Source of the DNA: Acidobacteriota bacterium
Lineage (GTDB): Bacteria; Acidobacteriota; UBA6911; RPQK01; JAJDTT01
Assembly: GCA_965217775.1 (NCBI GenBank)
Contig: CBDCJH010000002.1
Coordinates: forward strand, 6,176,001-6,240,000
Direction of reading: 5' to 3'
DNA: 64,000 nucleotides
The first letter of the stretch is position 1. Every line of letters begins with the position of its first letter. Below the pieces are notes generated by a model. That model worked only from the letters and a program-made list of their open reading frames with translations. It did not search any database and had not been told where the DNA came from. Positions 1 through 9,781 of this stretch are shown one piece after another. The translations under genes and the position numbers were made by a program.

Positions 1-145
1 GGGACCAGGTAGCGGTTGACATTATCGGCAGCCATTTACAGTTCATTTCCGGAATATTTCACAGTTTTTTCTAAGATAACCACATGTTTTAAGTGGTTTG
101 GACGAATAAATTCTACATTCATTTCCGGCTCATTTCCAGTTTGTT

Positions 146-505
146 TCAATCTCGATTCCGCCGTCTCCCAGGAATCGAGTCCGCGTACCGAGCAATACCT
201 TTCCTGGTGACCGTACTCTGGCAGCCGGGACGTCGCCGGAGAGACTCAGCGTCTGATAGCAGTCCGTGGTGAAAGTCCCGCGAGCACCGAGACCGTTCCT
301 GCGCCCGCCGGACAAGGCGCGATTCGGGTGCATACCGGGAGTATGTGCCCGAATCGCAACGCCGTCCGCCGGGATGCAGGGACGGTCGAATGCCGTGATG
401 ACTTTTGCCACGGGCTGATAGGGTCCGATTCAGCCGGAGGGCCGCCTTTGCCTTGAGGGTCCGATGAAGTTCCTCCGGAACTTTGTGCACCTGAAGATTT
501 GGCAT
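146..505 (-). pseudogene. FitA/Arc-like ribbon-helix-helix antitoxin, interrupted in frame by a MITE
   Basis: N-terminus MPNLQVHKVPEELHRTLKAKAALR resembles RHH antitoxins. Removing the MITE plus one ATAG copy restores ...RLNRTLSDAE...; no toxin follows. Confidence 0.55.
260..417. mobile_element. MITE (158 bp), family A copy 1
   Basis: Imperfect TIRs CAGTCCGTGGTGAAAGTC / GACTTTTGCCACGGGCTG; exact 4-bp flanking duplication ATAG (256-259, 418-421); homolog at 53664-53822. Confidence 0.85.
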
Positions 506-579
506 GTGTTCATCCTAACCCGGCATAGCCGGAACCAAAATTTCTTCGCCGGAGGCGTGGCTTTCCAGCCGCCGACCTT

Positions 580-640
580 TCGTCTGGACCCGTCTTGCTC
601 CGCTTTGGACCGAAGAGGGCGCCCACAAGGGGCGCCCCTA
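580..640. repeat. REP-like palindromic repeat (GGGCGCCCACAAGGGGCGCCCCTA)
   Basis: About 60 bp similar to 47553-47614; the reverse strand reads like GTAG-type REPs. Confidence 0.7.
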
Positions 641-731
641 GGTGTGTGCAGTCTGCATGTCGTATGCCGGGGTTGGAGACCCTCGACGTTTACCCTTTCG
701 ACCAGTAACCTAACTTGCCAGGAGGTGTGAA

Positions 732-2267
732 GTGTTTTTCTTGCACTCATGGAGATTTGTTGGCATTGCGGCGGCGTTGTTCCTGGCATTGTCGGGACCG
801 GCTCTCGCCGAGGTCCGGTTGCCGGCGGTGATCTCGGAACACATGCTCCTGCAGCAGGGGGTTCCGGTGCGGATCTGCGGTTGGGCCGACGCCGGCGAGA
901 CCGTCCAGGTGAGTTTCCGAGGCCGCAGTTACACGGCGACCGCGCCGTTGCCGGGGGATTCGGGAGACTGGGAGGTGAATCTGGCCCCCTCGGAAGCGGG
1001 TGGCCCCTTTCGTCTGGAGGTCCAGGGGACCAACACCATCACCCTGAAAGATGTCCTGGTGGGAGACGTCTGGGTGGCTTCGGGGCAGTCCAATATGGAC
1101 TGGCCGGTCCGGCGTTCGAAGAATCCGGATGAGGAGATCGCTCAGGCCAACTTCCCCAGGATCCGCCTGTTCAAGGTCGCCCGCAACGTGGCCGATAAAC
1201 CGCTGGAGGACGTGGAAGGGTCGTGGCAGTCTTGTGCTCCCGAGTCGGTCGGGGATTTCTCCGCCGTCGGTTACTATTTTGCCCGCCACCTGCACCGGAA
1301 GCTGGGTCATCCCGTCGGGGTGATCCAGACGGCGTGGGGAGGGACCCCGGCACAGGCCTGGGTGAGCCGGCCTCGCCTTGAGTCCGACCCCCGGCTGACC
1401 ACGACTTTGGAGGCCTGGAAGCAGGTTCTGGCGGAATATCCCGCCCGGCAGAGAGAGCACCTGGAGGAGGTTGCCCGCTGGGAACGGCAGGCCGAGGCCG
1501 CCAAGAAAAGCGGCGAACCAGTGCCTCGCCGGCCCCGCCGCCCTCTGGGTCCGGGACACCCCTGGACGCCTGGGGGTCTCTACAACGCCATGATCGCCCC
1601 GTTGACGGCCTACGCCGTCCGCGGCGCCATCTGGTACCAGGGTGAGAACAACGCTCACCTGGCGGAGGCCGATCTCTACCGCTCGTTGTTCCCGGCGTTG
1701 ATCCAGGACTGGAGAGCGCACTGGAAAGTCGGGCCGTTCCCCTTCCTGTTCGTCCAGTTGGCCAATTTCCGCAAGACGCCCGAAGGGAGCGAATGGCCCG
1801 AACTCAGGGAGTCTCAGCTCATGACGTTGAGCGTCAGGAACACGGGCATGGCGGTTACCGTCGATATCGGCAACCCGGAAGACATCCATCCCAAGAACAA
1901 GCAGGACGTGGGCAAGCGTCTGGCTCTGGCGGCCCGTGCGCTGGCCCACGGCGAAGACCTGGTCTACTCGGGACCCATCTTGCGCCGGGTCACGACTGAG
2001 GAATCCGGACTGCGGGTCTGGTTCGACCACGCGGGCGGCGGGCTCGAGAGCCGGGGAGGCGCGTTGACAGGCTTTCAGGTGGCCGGGGCCGACCGGCGGT
2101 TCGTGCCGGCGGACGCCCGGATCGACTCCGGTACGGTGGTGGTCTCGAGCGCTGCAGTGGAACGAGTCGTGGCCGTACGTTACGGCTGGAGCGACAGTCC
2201 CGTGTGCAATCTCTACAACGCCGAGGGCCTTCCCGCCTCGCCCTTCCGCAGCGACGATTGGGAGTAG
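732..2267 (+). CDS. Sialate O-acetylesterase (SASA) family protein, secreted
   Basis: Signal peptide; GDVWVASGQSNM, WYQGENN and DIHPKNKQDVG motifs. Confidence 0.9.
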   Translation: MFFLHSWRFVGIAAALFLALSGPALAEVRLPAVISEHMLLQQGVPVRICGWADAGETVQVSFRGRSYTATAPLPGDSGDWEVNLAPSEAGGPFRLEVQGTNTITLKDVLVGDVWVASGQSNMDWPVRRSKNPDEEIAQANFPRIRLFKVARNVADKPLEDVEGSWQSCAPESVGDFSAVGYYFARHLHRKLGHPVGVIQTAWGGTPAQAWVSRPRLESDPRLTTTLEAWKQVLAEYPARQREHLEEVARWERQAEAAKKSGEPVPRRPRRPLGPGHPWTPGGLYNAMIAPLTAYAVRGAIWYQGENNAHLAEADLYRSLFPALIQDWRAHWKVGPFPFLFVQLANFRKTPEGSEWPELRESQLMTLSVRNTGMAVTVDIGNPEDIHPKNKQDVGKRLALAARALAHGEDLVYSGPILRRVTTEESGLRVWFDHAGGGLESRGGALTGFQVAGADRRFVPADARIDSGTVVVSSAAVERVVAVRYGWSDSPVCNLYNAEGLPASPFRSDDWE

Positions 2268-2288
2268 CAGGTTCCGGACAGTAGCGGC

Positions 2289-3275
2289 TCAACTGCTCCC
2301 GAACGCGGGCATCACCCGGGTCGCGAAGAGTTCCATGGACTCCAGCATGTCCCGCTGGGAGATGCCGTGGTGCTGGCAGTGGTAGACGAAGGTGTCGGCG
2401 CCCATGTCGCTATAGACGGCCACCTGCTCGATACACTCCTCGGGTGTTCCCAGGATGAGCCGGCCCTGGAAATCCTCCAGGCTGGCTTTTCTGTAGCGCG
2501 CCCCCTCCGGGGTGTCCTTCATCCAGCCGGAATAGCGCCGATATTGTTCGAGCAGCGGTTTCTCCACCAGTGCTCGGGCCCGGGCCCGGCTTTTCGCCAC
2601 GAAGCCCAGCCGGGGCACCACCAGGGTTCCCTGTTTGCAGAACTCGTCCAGGGCGCTTCGATAAACCTGGATCTTCTCCCGCAGTTCACGCCGGCCGAGG
2701 CTGGCGCTGGGGATCCAGCTGTCCGCCAGCCGGGCTGAACGACGGACAACCACATCGGCCGTCCCGCCGATCCAGATGGGAGGGCGGGGTTTCCGGACCG
2801 GCAGGGGACCGATGCGGACGTCTCGACACCGGAAAAACTTGCCCTGGAAAGTGACCGACTCGCCGGCCCAGAGCCGGGAGATGACCTCCAGATTCTCCAG
2901 GAACCGGCCCCGCCGTTGCCGCAGCTGGACATCTGAAATAGCCAACTCCTCTTCCCGGTAACCCAGAACCAGCCCGAAGATGAGCCGCCCGCCCGAGATC
3001 ACGTCCACATGCGCGGCCTGCTCGGCCAGAAGGATCGGGTTGTAGATGGGGAGGATAAATCCGCTGGAGCAGAGCTGGATCCGGCGGGTGACGGGCCCCA
3101 GGGCGGCCAGGGTGGTGAGCAGTTCGTGGAAGCCCGAGGGCCAGAGGTGCCGGTCGCCCAGGCAGACCAGATCGAAGCCCAGCTCCTCCGCCACCTGGAC
3201 CCTCTCCCGGAGTTGGTCGAAGCTGGCCTGTCCGGTGGCGGTGAAAGTCTGCCCGAGAATAATGCCGAAGTTCAT
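2289..3275 (-). CDS. LLM-class flavin-dependent oxidoreductase
   Basis: AEELGFD, PILLAEQAAHVDVISGGRL, PPIWIGG and GTPEECIE motifs. Confidence 0.9.
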   Translation of the reverse strand: MNFGIILGQTFTATGQASFDQLRERVQVAEELGFDLVCLGDRHLWPSGFHELLTTLAALGPVTRRIQLCSSGFILPIYNPILLAEQAAHVDVISGGRLIFGLVLGYREEELAISDVQLRQRRGRFLENLEVISRLWAGESVTFQGKFFRCRDVRIGPLPVRKPRPPIWIGGTADVVVRRSARLADSWIPSASLGRRELREKIQVYRSALDEFCKQGTLVVPRLGFVAKSRARARALVEKPLLEQYRRYSGWMKDTPEGARYRKASLEDFQGRLILGTPEECIEQVAVYSDMGADTFVYHCQHHGISQRDMLESMELFATRVMPAFGSS

Positions 3276-3477
3276 GTTCGCCCTTTTCGCTGCTTCCCCG
3301 ACGCCGGTCTACGCCGCCGGTGAAATCTGGGATGCTCAGTGAGATACGGGCCGCTATTCTACTGAAGGGGAAACCAGGAAGGTATCCTGACGGTCCGCGG
3401 CTCCGGTCGTCCGGAGCCGCCGGATGCCGTACCGCGGGACTGCGACGGAAGGGGCAACGAGGGCAACGAGGAGGAAC

Positions 3478-5313
3478 GTGACAGCAATATTGGGAATCTC
3501 GGCCTTCTACCACGACTCGGCGGCGGCTCTGGTCCGGGACGGCGAGATCGCGGCGGCCGCCCAGGAGGAGCGTTTCAGCCGGAAGAAGCATGACGCCTCT
3601 TTTCCTGCCCAGGCCATCGAATACTGCCTGAAAGAAGCCGGTCTCACGCCGGGCGAGCTGGACTTCGTGGGCTTTTACGACAAGCCGTTGATGAAGTTCG
3701 AGCGGCTTCTGGAGACCTATCTGGCCTTCGCCCCCAGGGGGTTCTCCTCGTTCGTGAAGGCGATGCCGGTCTGGCTCCGGGAAAAGCTTCATCTCCCCGG
3801 GCAGATGACCCGGGGGCTCGACCGGGCCTACCGCAAGCGGTTCATCTTCACCGAGCATCACGAGTCCCACGCGGCCAGCGCCTTCTTTCCCTCACCGTTT
3901 CGGGAAGCCGCCATTCTGACCGTGGACGGGGTGGGGGAATGGGCCACCGCCGCCTACGGCACCGGCAAGGACAACCGGATCCGGCTGACCCACGAGCTTC
4001 GCTTTCCCCATTCGCCGGGCCTTCTCTATTCCGCCTTCACCTATTTCTGCGGGTTCCGGGTGAACTCGGGGGAGTACAAGCTCATGGGGCTGGCGCCCTA
4101 CGGAGAGCCCCGATACGTGGACCTGATTCTCCGGCGCCTGATCGACCTGAAGCAGGACGGCTCCTTTCGCATGGACATGTCCTACTTCAACTATTGCCAG
4201 GGCCTGACCATGACCTCACGCAAGTTTGAACGCCTTTTCGGCGGAGCGCCCCGGCAACCCGAGTCGCCGCTGACGCAGCGGGAGATGGACCTGGCCGCCT
4301 CCATCCAGCGAGTCATGGAGGAGATCCTGCTGCGGATGGCTCGCCACGTCCACGCCCGGACCGGGCAGTTGAACCTCTGCCTGGCCGGCGGCGTCGCCCT
4401 CAACTGCGTGGCGAACGGACGGATTCTCAGGGAAGGTCCCTTCCGGGAGATCTGGGTTCAGCCCGCGGCCGGAGACGCCGGCGGCGCCCTGGGTACGGCC
4501 CTCTTCATCTGGCACCAGCTCCTGGGAAACCCGCGCCGTCCCCGGACGCCGGACGGACAATCGGGTTCTCTCCTTGGTCCCTCCTATTCGGAGCCGGAGA
4601 TCCGATCCTTCCTCGAAGCGGTGGGCGCCGACTTCGAACGGATTGACGATCCCCAGGCGCTGGTGCGGCGTGTGGCCCAGATCATGGCCGACCAGAAGGT
4701 GGTGGGGTGGATGCAGGGGCGCATGGAGTTCGGCCCCCGGGCCCTGGGTTGCCGCAGCATCCTGGGAGACGCCAGAAGCCGCCGCATGCAGTCGGTAGTG
4801 AACCTCAAGATCAAGTTTCGGGAGTCCTTCCGCCCCTTCGCTCCGTCGGTGATGCGGGAACATGTGGACGAGTATTTCGAGATGCGGCCCGACGAAGACA
4901 GTCCCTACATGTTGCTGGTAGCTCCGGTTCAGGCTTCCAAGAGGGTCGCCTCGGACGGGGAGGCGAAGTTGACCGGACTGGACAAGCTCAACGTCGCACG
5001 CTCCGTGGTCCCGGCCATCACCCACGTGGACCACTCGGCCCGGGTGCAGACCGTCGACTCGGAGAGGCACGGCGCCTACTATCGACTGCTGCGGGAGTTC
5101 GAGCGCAGGACCGGGTGTCCCGTGGTCATCAACACCAGCTTCAACGTCCGGGGCGAGCCCATCGTCTGTTCGCCGGAGCAAGCCTACCGCTGCTTCATGT
5201 CCACCAACATGGATGTGCTGGTCATGGAGAGCTTCATCCTGTGCAAGGACCGGCAGCCTCAGGCCCGACAGTACGAAGTCGGCGCCTATTTGGCCCAGTT
5301 CGAACTGGACTAG
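3478..5313 (+). CDS. Carbamoyltransferase (NodU/CmcH, SxtI-like)
   Basis: GTG after GAGGAGG; ILGISAFYHDSAAAL, EHHESHAASAF, EFGPRALGCRSIL and NTSFNVRGEPIV motifs. Confidence 0.93.
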   Translation: MTAILGISAFYHDSAAALVRDGEIAAAAQEERFSRKKHDASFPAQAIEYCLKEAGLTPGELDFVGFYDKPLMKFERLLETYLAFAPRGFSSFVKAMPVWLREKLHLPGQMTRGLDRAYRKRFIFTEHHESHAASAFFPSPFREAAILTVDGVGEWATAAYGTGKDNRIRLTHELRFPHSPGLLYSAFTYFCGFRVNSGEYKLMGLAPYGEPRYVDLILRRLIDLKQDGSFRMDMSYFNYCQGLTMTSRKFERLFGGAPRQPESPLTQREMDLAASIQRVMEEILLRMARHVHARTGQLNLCLAGGVALNCVANGRILREGPFREIWVQPAAGDAGGALGTALFIWHQLLGNPRRPRTPDGQSGSLLGPSYSEPEIRSFLEAVGADFERIDDPQALVRRVAQIMADQKVVGWMQGRMEFGPRALGCRSILGDARSRRMQSVVNLKIKFRESFRPFAPSVMREHVDEYFEMRPDEDSPYMLLVAPVQASKRVASDGEAKLTGLDKLNVARSVVPAITHVDHSARVQTVDSERHGAYYRLLREFERRTGCPVVINTSFNVRGEPIVCSPEQAYRCFMSTNMDVLVMESFILCKDRQPQARQYEVGAYLAQFELD

Positions 5314-5467
5314 TTGACCTTGGTGCGAGCGCCGCGTCGCATCGTGATCTGTGGAGCGGGACGGACCAACCGTGACCGTGTGGAGGCGAGCCTTGTCGAC
5401 GCCCGTCCCCTACCGACAGCCGGCGTGCAGCGCCAGCATGCAGTTTGGCGACTCTCTTGTTCATGGA

Positions 5468-6412
5468 TCAATCGAGCTGAGCCAGGAGTTCATCGATGGA
5501 CTCGTCGCCTGGCCACGCTCCCGCGAGAAGAATGGGATCCCTGGATAGAACCCGGCGTCTTCGCTGAGCCCGAACAGGGTCCAGCGCTTCCTCACCTTCT
5601 GCCGATGGGATCTGTTCGAACACGCTGTCCCCTTCAGCACTTCCACTCATCCGACGCGCCTCGATCCATCGCGCCTGTCCGTTAGCTTTGAAGTGAACCA
5701 GTCCCTCTACGGTAGTCGGATTTCCCCAAAGCGGGCGTAGGACCTCGGTGTCCAGCAAGTCCGGGTGCAACTTTCCCAGGAGTTGATCGTTCCGGCCAAG
5801 CAAAAGGCGAAAGTGGCCACCACCATATTTAATTTGGTCCAGTCTGCCGCTCACAATGAACGACCTGGGTGGCGGGATGCTCCTTAACCGCTCGGATACC
5901 TGCGTACAGACGTGCTCATCCAGCACAAACCCCCAGCCTGCCGAACCCTGTGGAATCAACTCGTAGCGAATACCAGGAGTCCCCCCGGCTGTCTTGAATC
6001 TGAGAATTGCTTTCAGAACGTCGGCGTCGAAACGGTCGCCCGGGGATTCGGTAGACGTGGCTTCTTCAATCGCACGTGCCGCAATATCGAGCGATGTATC
6101 ATCGAGATTCGGCTTGTTCTGCCAAAGCTCCTGTTGCGCAAGCTCCCTATAGGCCGTCTCACGAAAAAGAGGCGCCTCAATGTCGAGAATCGTCGAGCCG
6201 GAGTTCAATCCAGTGACCGTGAAGTTGACGCTTGCTTGAAGCCATTTGGGCTTCCGGCCCTTCCCGCTGCTCTGGCCGGTGACGATCAAACGGGTGGCTC
6301 GTTCCCCCATCTGTAGTAAAGCGTCCAAAATACGGCATAGGCTGGCAACCTTAATCTGCCCTGTGGGTTCTGGGAGGCCGCTGAGTCGCAATTGATATCG
6401 TTGCGTGTTCAC
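5468..6412 (-). CDS. Hypothetical protein (314 aa), possibly TA-associated
   Basis: Long ORF with AAGGAG SD; more AT-rich than neighbours; acidic C-terminus WPGDESIDELLAQLD. Confidence 0.75.
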   Translation of the reverse strand: MNTQRYQLRLSGLPEPTGQIKVASLCRILDALLQMGERATRLIVTGQSSGKGRKPKWLQASVNFTVTGLNSGSTILDIEAPLFRETAYRELAQQELWQNKPNLDDTSLDIAARAIEEATSTESPGDRFDADVLKAILRFKTAGGTPGIRYELIPQGSAGWGFVLDEHVCTQVSERLRSIPPPRSFIVSGRLDQIKYGGGHFRLLLGRNDQLLGKLHPDLLDTEVLRPLWGNPTTVEGLVHFKANGQARWIEARRMSGSAEGDSVFEQIPSAEGEEALDPVRAQRRRRVLSRDPILLAGAWPGDESIDELLAQLD

Positions 6413-6461
6413 TGCAAGCTCTCCTTATCCCCGGCGCGCCGGTTTTTTGGGCCAGTATAGC

Positions 6462-6536
6462 CCTCACGTGGCGCTGCTGCCGGCGGTCAAGGAGGGAGAC
6501 CAAAGTTCCGGCATCCGGCAGCAATTCACACGCGAT
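6462..6536 (-). pseudogene. N-terminal remnant of a PIN/VapC toxin
   Basis: Frame overlapping the antitoxin stop reads ELLPDAGTLVSLLDRRQQRH (cf. PIN LLDTGxLVALLD); ATC at the expected start; similarity ends after about 25 codons. Confidence 0.55.
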
Positions 6537-6777
6537 GCCGAAGAGATTCCAAGATGTATTCTCGATGTCGCGTCGCCAGTTCGGGAATCCCGGAATCGAG
6601 AGAACCCAGGAGTTCGACTACCCGTTGGGCCGGGCGCTGCCGGACGGCGCCGATGCCGAGGAACTGGCGTAGGGTCGACCGCACTATTTGTGAAGGCGTT
6701 AGTTGCAGCTTCCGAGAAGCGAGGGCCACTCCTTCGCTCAGGTCGTCGGGAATACGCCCGGTCAATTTTCGTGACAT
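6526..6777 (-). CDS. RHH/CopG-family antitoxin
   Basis: MSRKLTGRIPDDL...PSQIVRSTLRQFL RHH pattern; C-terminal GSLDSGIPELATRHREYI resembles VapB-like partners. Confidence 0.7.
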   Translation of the reverse strand: MSRKLTGRIPDDLSEGVALASRKLQLTPSQIVRSTLRQFLGIGAVRQRPAQRVVELLGSLDSGIPELATRHREYILESLRHRV

Positions 6778-6920
6778 GCATTACATTGTAAGGTACGACG
6801 CGGGAGGGGAACTCAACGCCGAATAACGGCGTTGCCCATTACTCTCGCCACCGATTCAATGCGAGGCTGCATTCGGAAGTGGATCGGGCCTGGAAAGGTC
6901 TTTTTCTCAGGAGGAGATTC

Positions 6921-8033
6921 ATGAAAGTCAGCAGAAGGAACTTCGTACGAGCGGCTGCGGTCGCCGGCGTGCTGGAGGGCGCGGGATTGGAACGAACCGT
7001 CTCGGCCGGTTCCGAGGCCGGGCGAATGCGAGTCACCGCCTTCCCGCGCGCCGTCGGGAGGGACCCTTCGCCTTTGTCGAAGGCGGCCCTCCGGCACGTG
7101 CGGCAGATGGGCGTGCAGGACATCCGAATCATCGCGCCGTGGGTGCCCGGCTACGACCGGGACGGCGAGATGGACCTGGAGGAGTTGCTGCGAGTCAAGC
7201 AGCGTGCCGAGAGCGTGGGACTCAAGGTCGGCGCCGTCTATCTGCGCAAGGTGGACACCGCCAACCTGCTCCTGGACCGGCCCGGCTGGAACCGGGAGCT
7301 GGAAAAGATCTCGCGAACCATCGTGACCATGGGAAAGGCGGGAATTCCGGTTCTGGAACACAGCCTTCTGCTCTCCCGGGTCATCCGGGACGTCTTCCAG
7401 CTTCCTCTGCCCGGCTACCGGCACGTTCTCGAGGGCAGGGGCGGCTCCCGAATGTACAGGTTCGACGGGAAGGGAACCGAGGAGCACGGCCGGCCCGCCG
7501 GCTCCGTCTCCTCCGATCAGTTGTGGGAGCGGATCACCCGCTTTCAGGAACACTGCATCCCGGTGGCGTCCGAAGCCCGCGTCCACGTGGCCTGTCACCC
7601 CGATGATCCGCCGTCGGCCCGCTACTGGGGAGTCACCCAGGCCCTCAACAGCAAGGAGGGCCTGGACCGGCTCATCAACATCGTTCCCAGCAAGTACAAC
7701 GGCATCCTTCTCTGTCTGGGGACGATGCAGGAGTCGGGAGCCGACGTCATCGACCTGATCCGCTATTTCGGCGGCAAGAAAAAGATCTTCGACATCGATT
7801 TCCGGGCCGTCCGCGGGACCGTCCCCAACTACGACGAGGTCTTCTTGGACGAGGGGGACCTGGACATGTGGAAGGTGGTCCAGGTGCTCCGGGAGGTAGA
7901 CTATCAGTGGACGCTGGAGCCGGACCACGTCCCCGGCATCACGGCCGAAGGGAAGGGCGACCTGATCTCCTACGCCTGGGCCATTGCGTACATCAAGGCT
8001 CTGATCGACGCCGCCTACGGCGAGAGGGTATGA
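6921..8033 (+). CDS. Mannonate dehydratase (UxuA) family protein with Tat signal
   Basis: SRRNFV Tat motif; ACHPDDPP, NGILLCLGT, FLDEGDLDM and PDHVP motifs. Confidence 0.85.
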   Translation: MKVSRRNFVRAAAVAGVLEGAGLERTVSAGSEAGRMRVTAFPRAVGRDPSPLSKAALRHVRQMGVQDIRIIAPWVPGYDRDGEMDLEELLRVKQRAESVGLKVGAVYLRKVDTANLLLDRPGWNRELEKISRTIVTMGKAGIPVLEHSLLLSRVIRDVFQLPLPGYRHVLEGRGGSRMYRFDGKGTEEHGRPAGSVSSDQLWERITRFQEHCIPVASEARVHVACHPDDPPSARYWGVTQALNSKEGLDRLINIVPSKYNGILLCLGTMQESGADVIDLIRYFGGKKKIFDIDFRAVRGTVPNYDEVFLDEGDLDMWKVVQVLREVDYQWTLEPDHVPGITAEGKGDLISYAWAIAYIKALIDAAYGERV

Positions 8034-8076
8034 GAACCGGACCCGTCAGTTGGTTTTCTGAACGAGACAGGGGAGG

Positions 8077-9170
<1,094 letters not shown>

Positions 9171-9174
<4 letters not shown>

Positions 9175-9605
9175 TGCATGAACTCCTTGGCCCGCTCGGC
9201 CAGCTCCTCCGGGGTCAGATCCTCCTGGTGAGTGGCGATGCACCAGGTGTTGCCGGCCGGGTCCTGGACGAAGGCGTTGCGGTCCCCGTAGAACATATCC
9301 ACGGGCTCCTGCATGGATGTCGCCCCGGCTGCCAGCGCCTGCGCGTAGGTGGCGTCGGTGTCGGGCACGTAGAGGTAGAGCATGCAGGGAAGTGCGGGGA
9401 ACTCGTCCTGAGCCCGGCCCATCATCACGTACGAATCGCCGATGAGAGCCTCCGCGTGCCCCGTCCGCCCGTCCTGACTGGGGACGCGCTCCTTCTCGGT
9501 AGCGCCGAAAGCCGCCTTGAGGAAATCGAGGAACTGGTCGATGTCGGCAACGACCAGGTACGGTGTCACCGTGTGGAAGCCATCGGGTATCGGATTCACG
9601 GCCAT
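9171..9605 (-). CDS. VOC/glyoxalase (PhnB-like) protein
   Basis: MAVNPIPDGFHTVTPYL, HAEALIGDS and DMFYGDRNAFVQDPAGNTW motifs. Confidence 0.9.
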
Positions 9606-9781
9606 GGAAGCGTTTTCCTGTTCACGGTTGTGGTGGTGTGGTGTCGACAGGGCACTGAGGGTATCCAACCTTCCGTATCCCAGCAAGGGCGCGTCCAGCA
9701 CCTCCTGCACCCGCGACACTTGAACGAAAATCACCATGTGATTAATGGTCAGGTCGTTTTCGTCATATACTCGGCCACCCT

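Noticed and set aside
1-140. Possible gene start on the minus strand (ATG at 35) and three TCATTTCC repeats
   Set aside because: Truncated by the window edge; too short to support a call.
3397-3477. Hairpin GCGGCTCCGG-TCGT-CCGGAGCCGC and 9-bp tandem as a riboswitch
   Set aside because: No recognisable riboswitch consensus.
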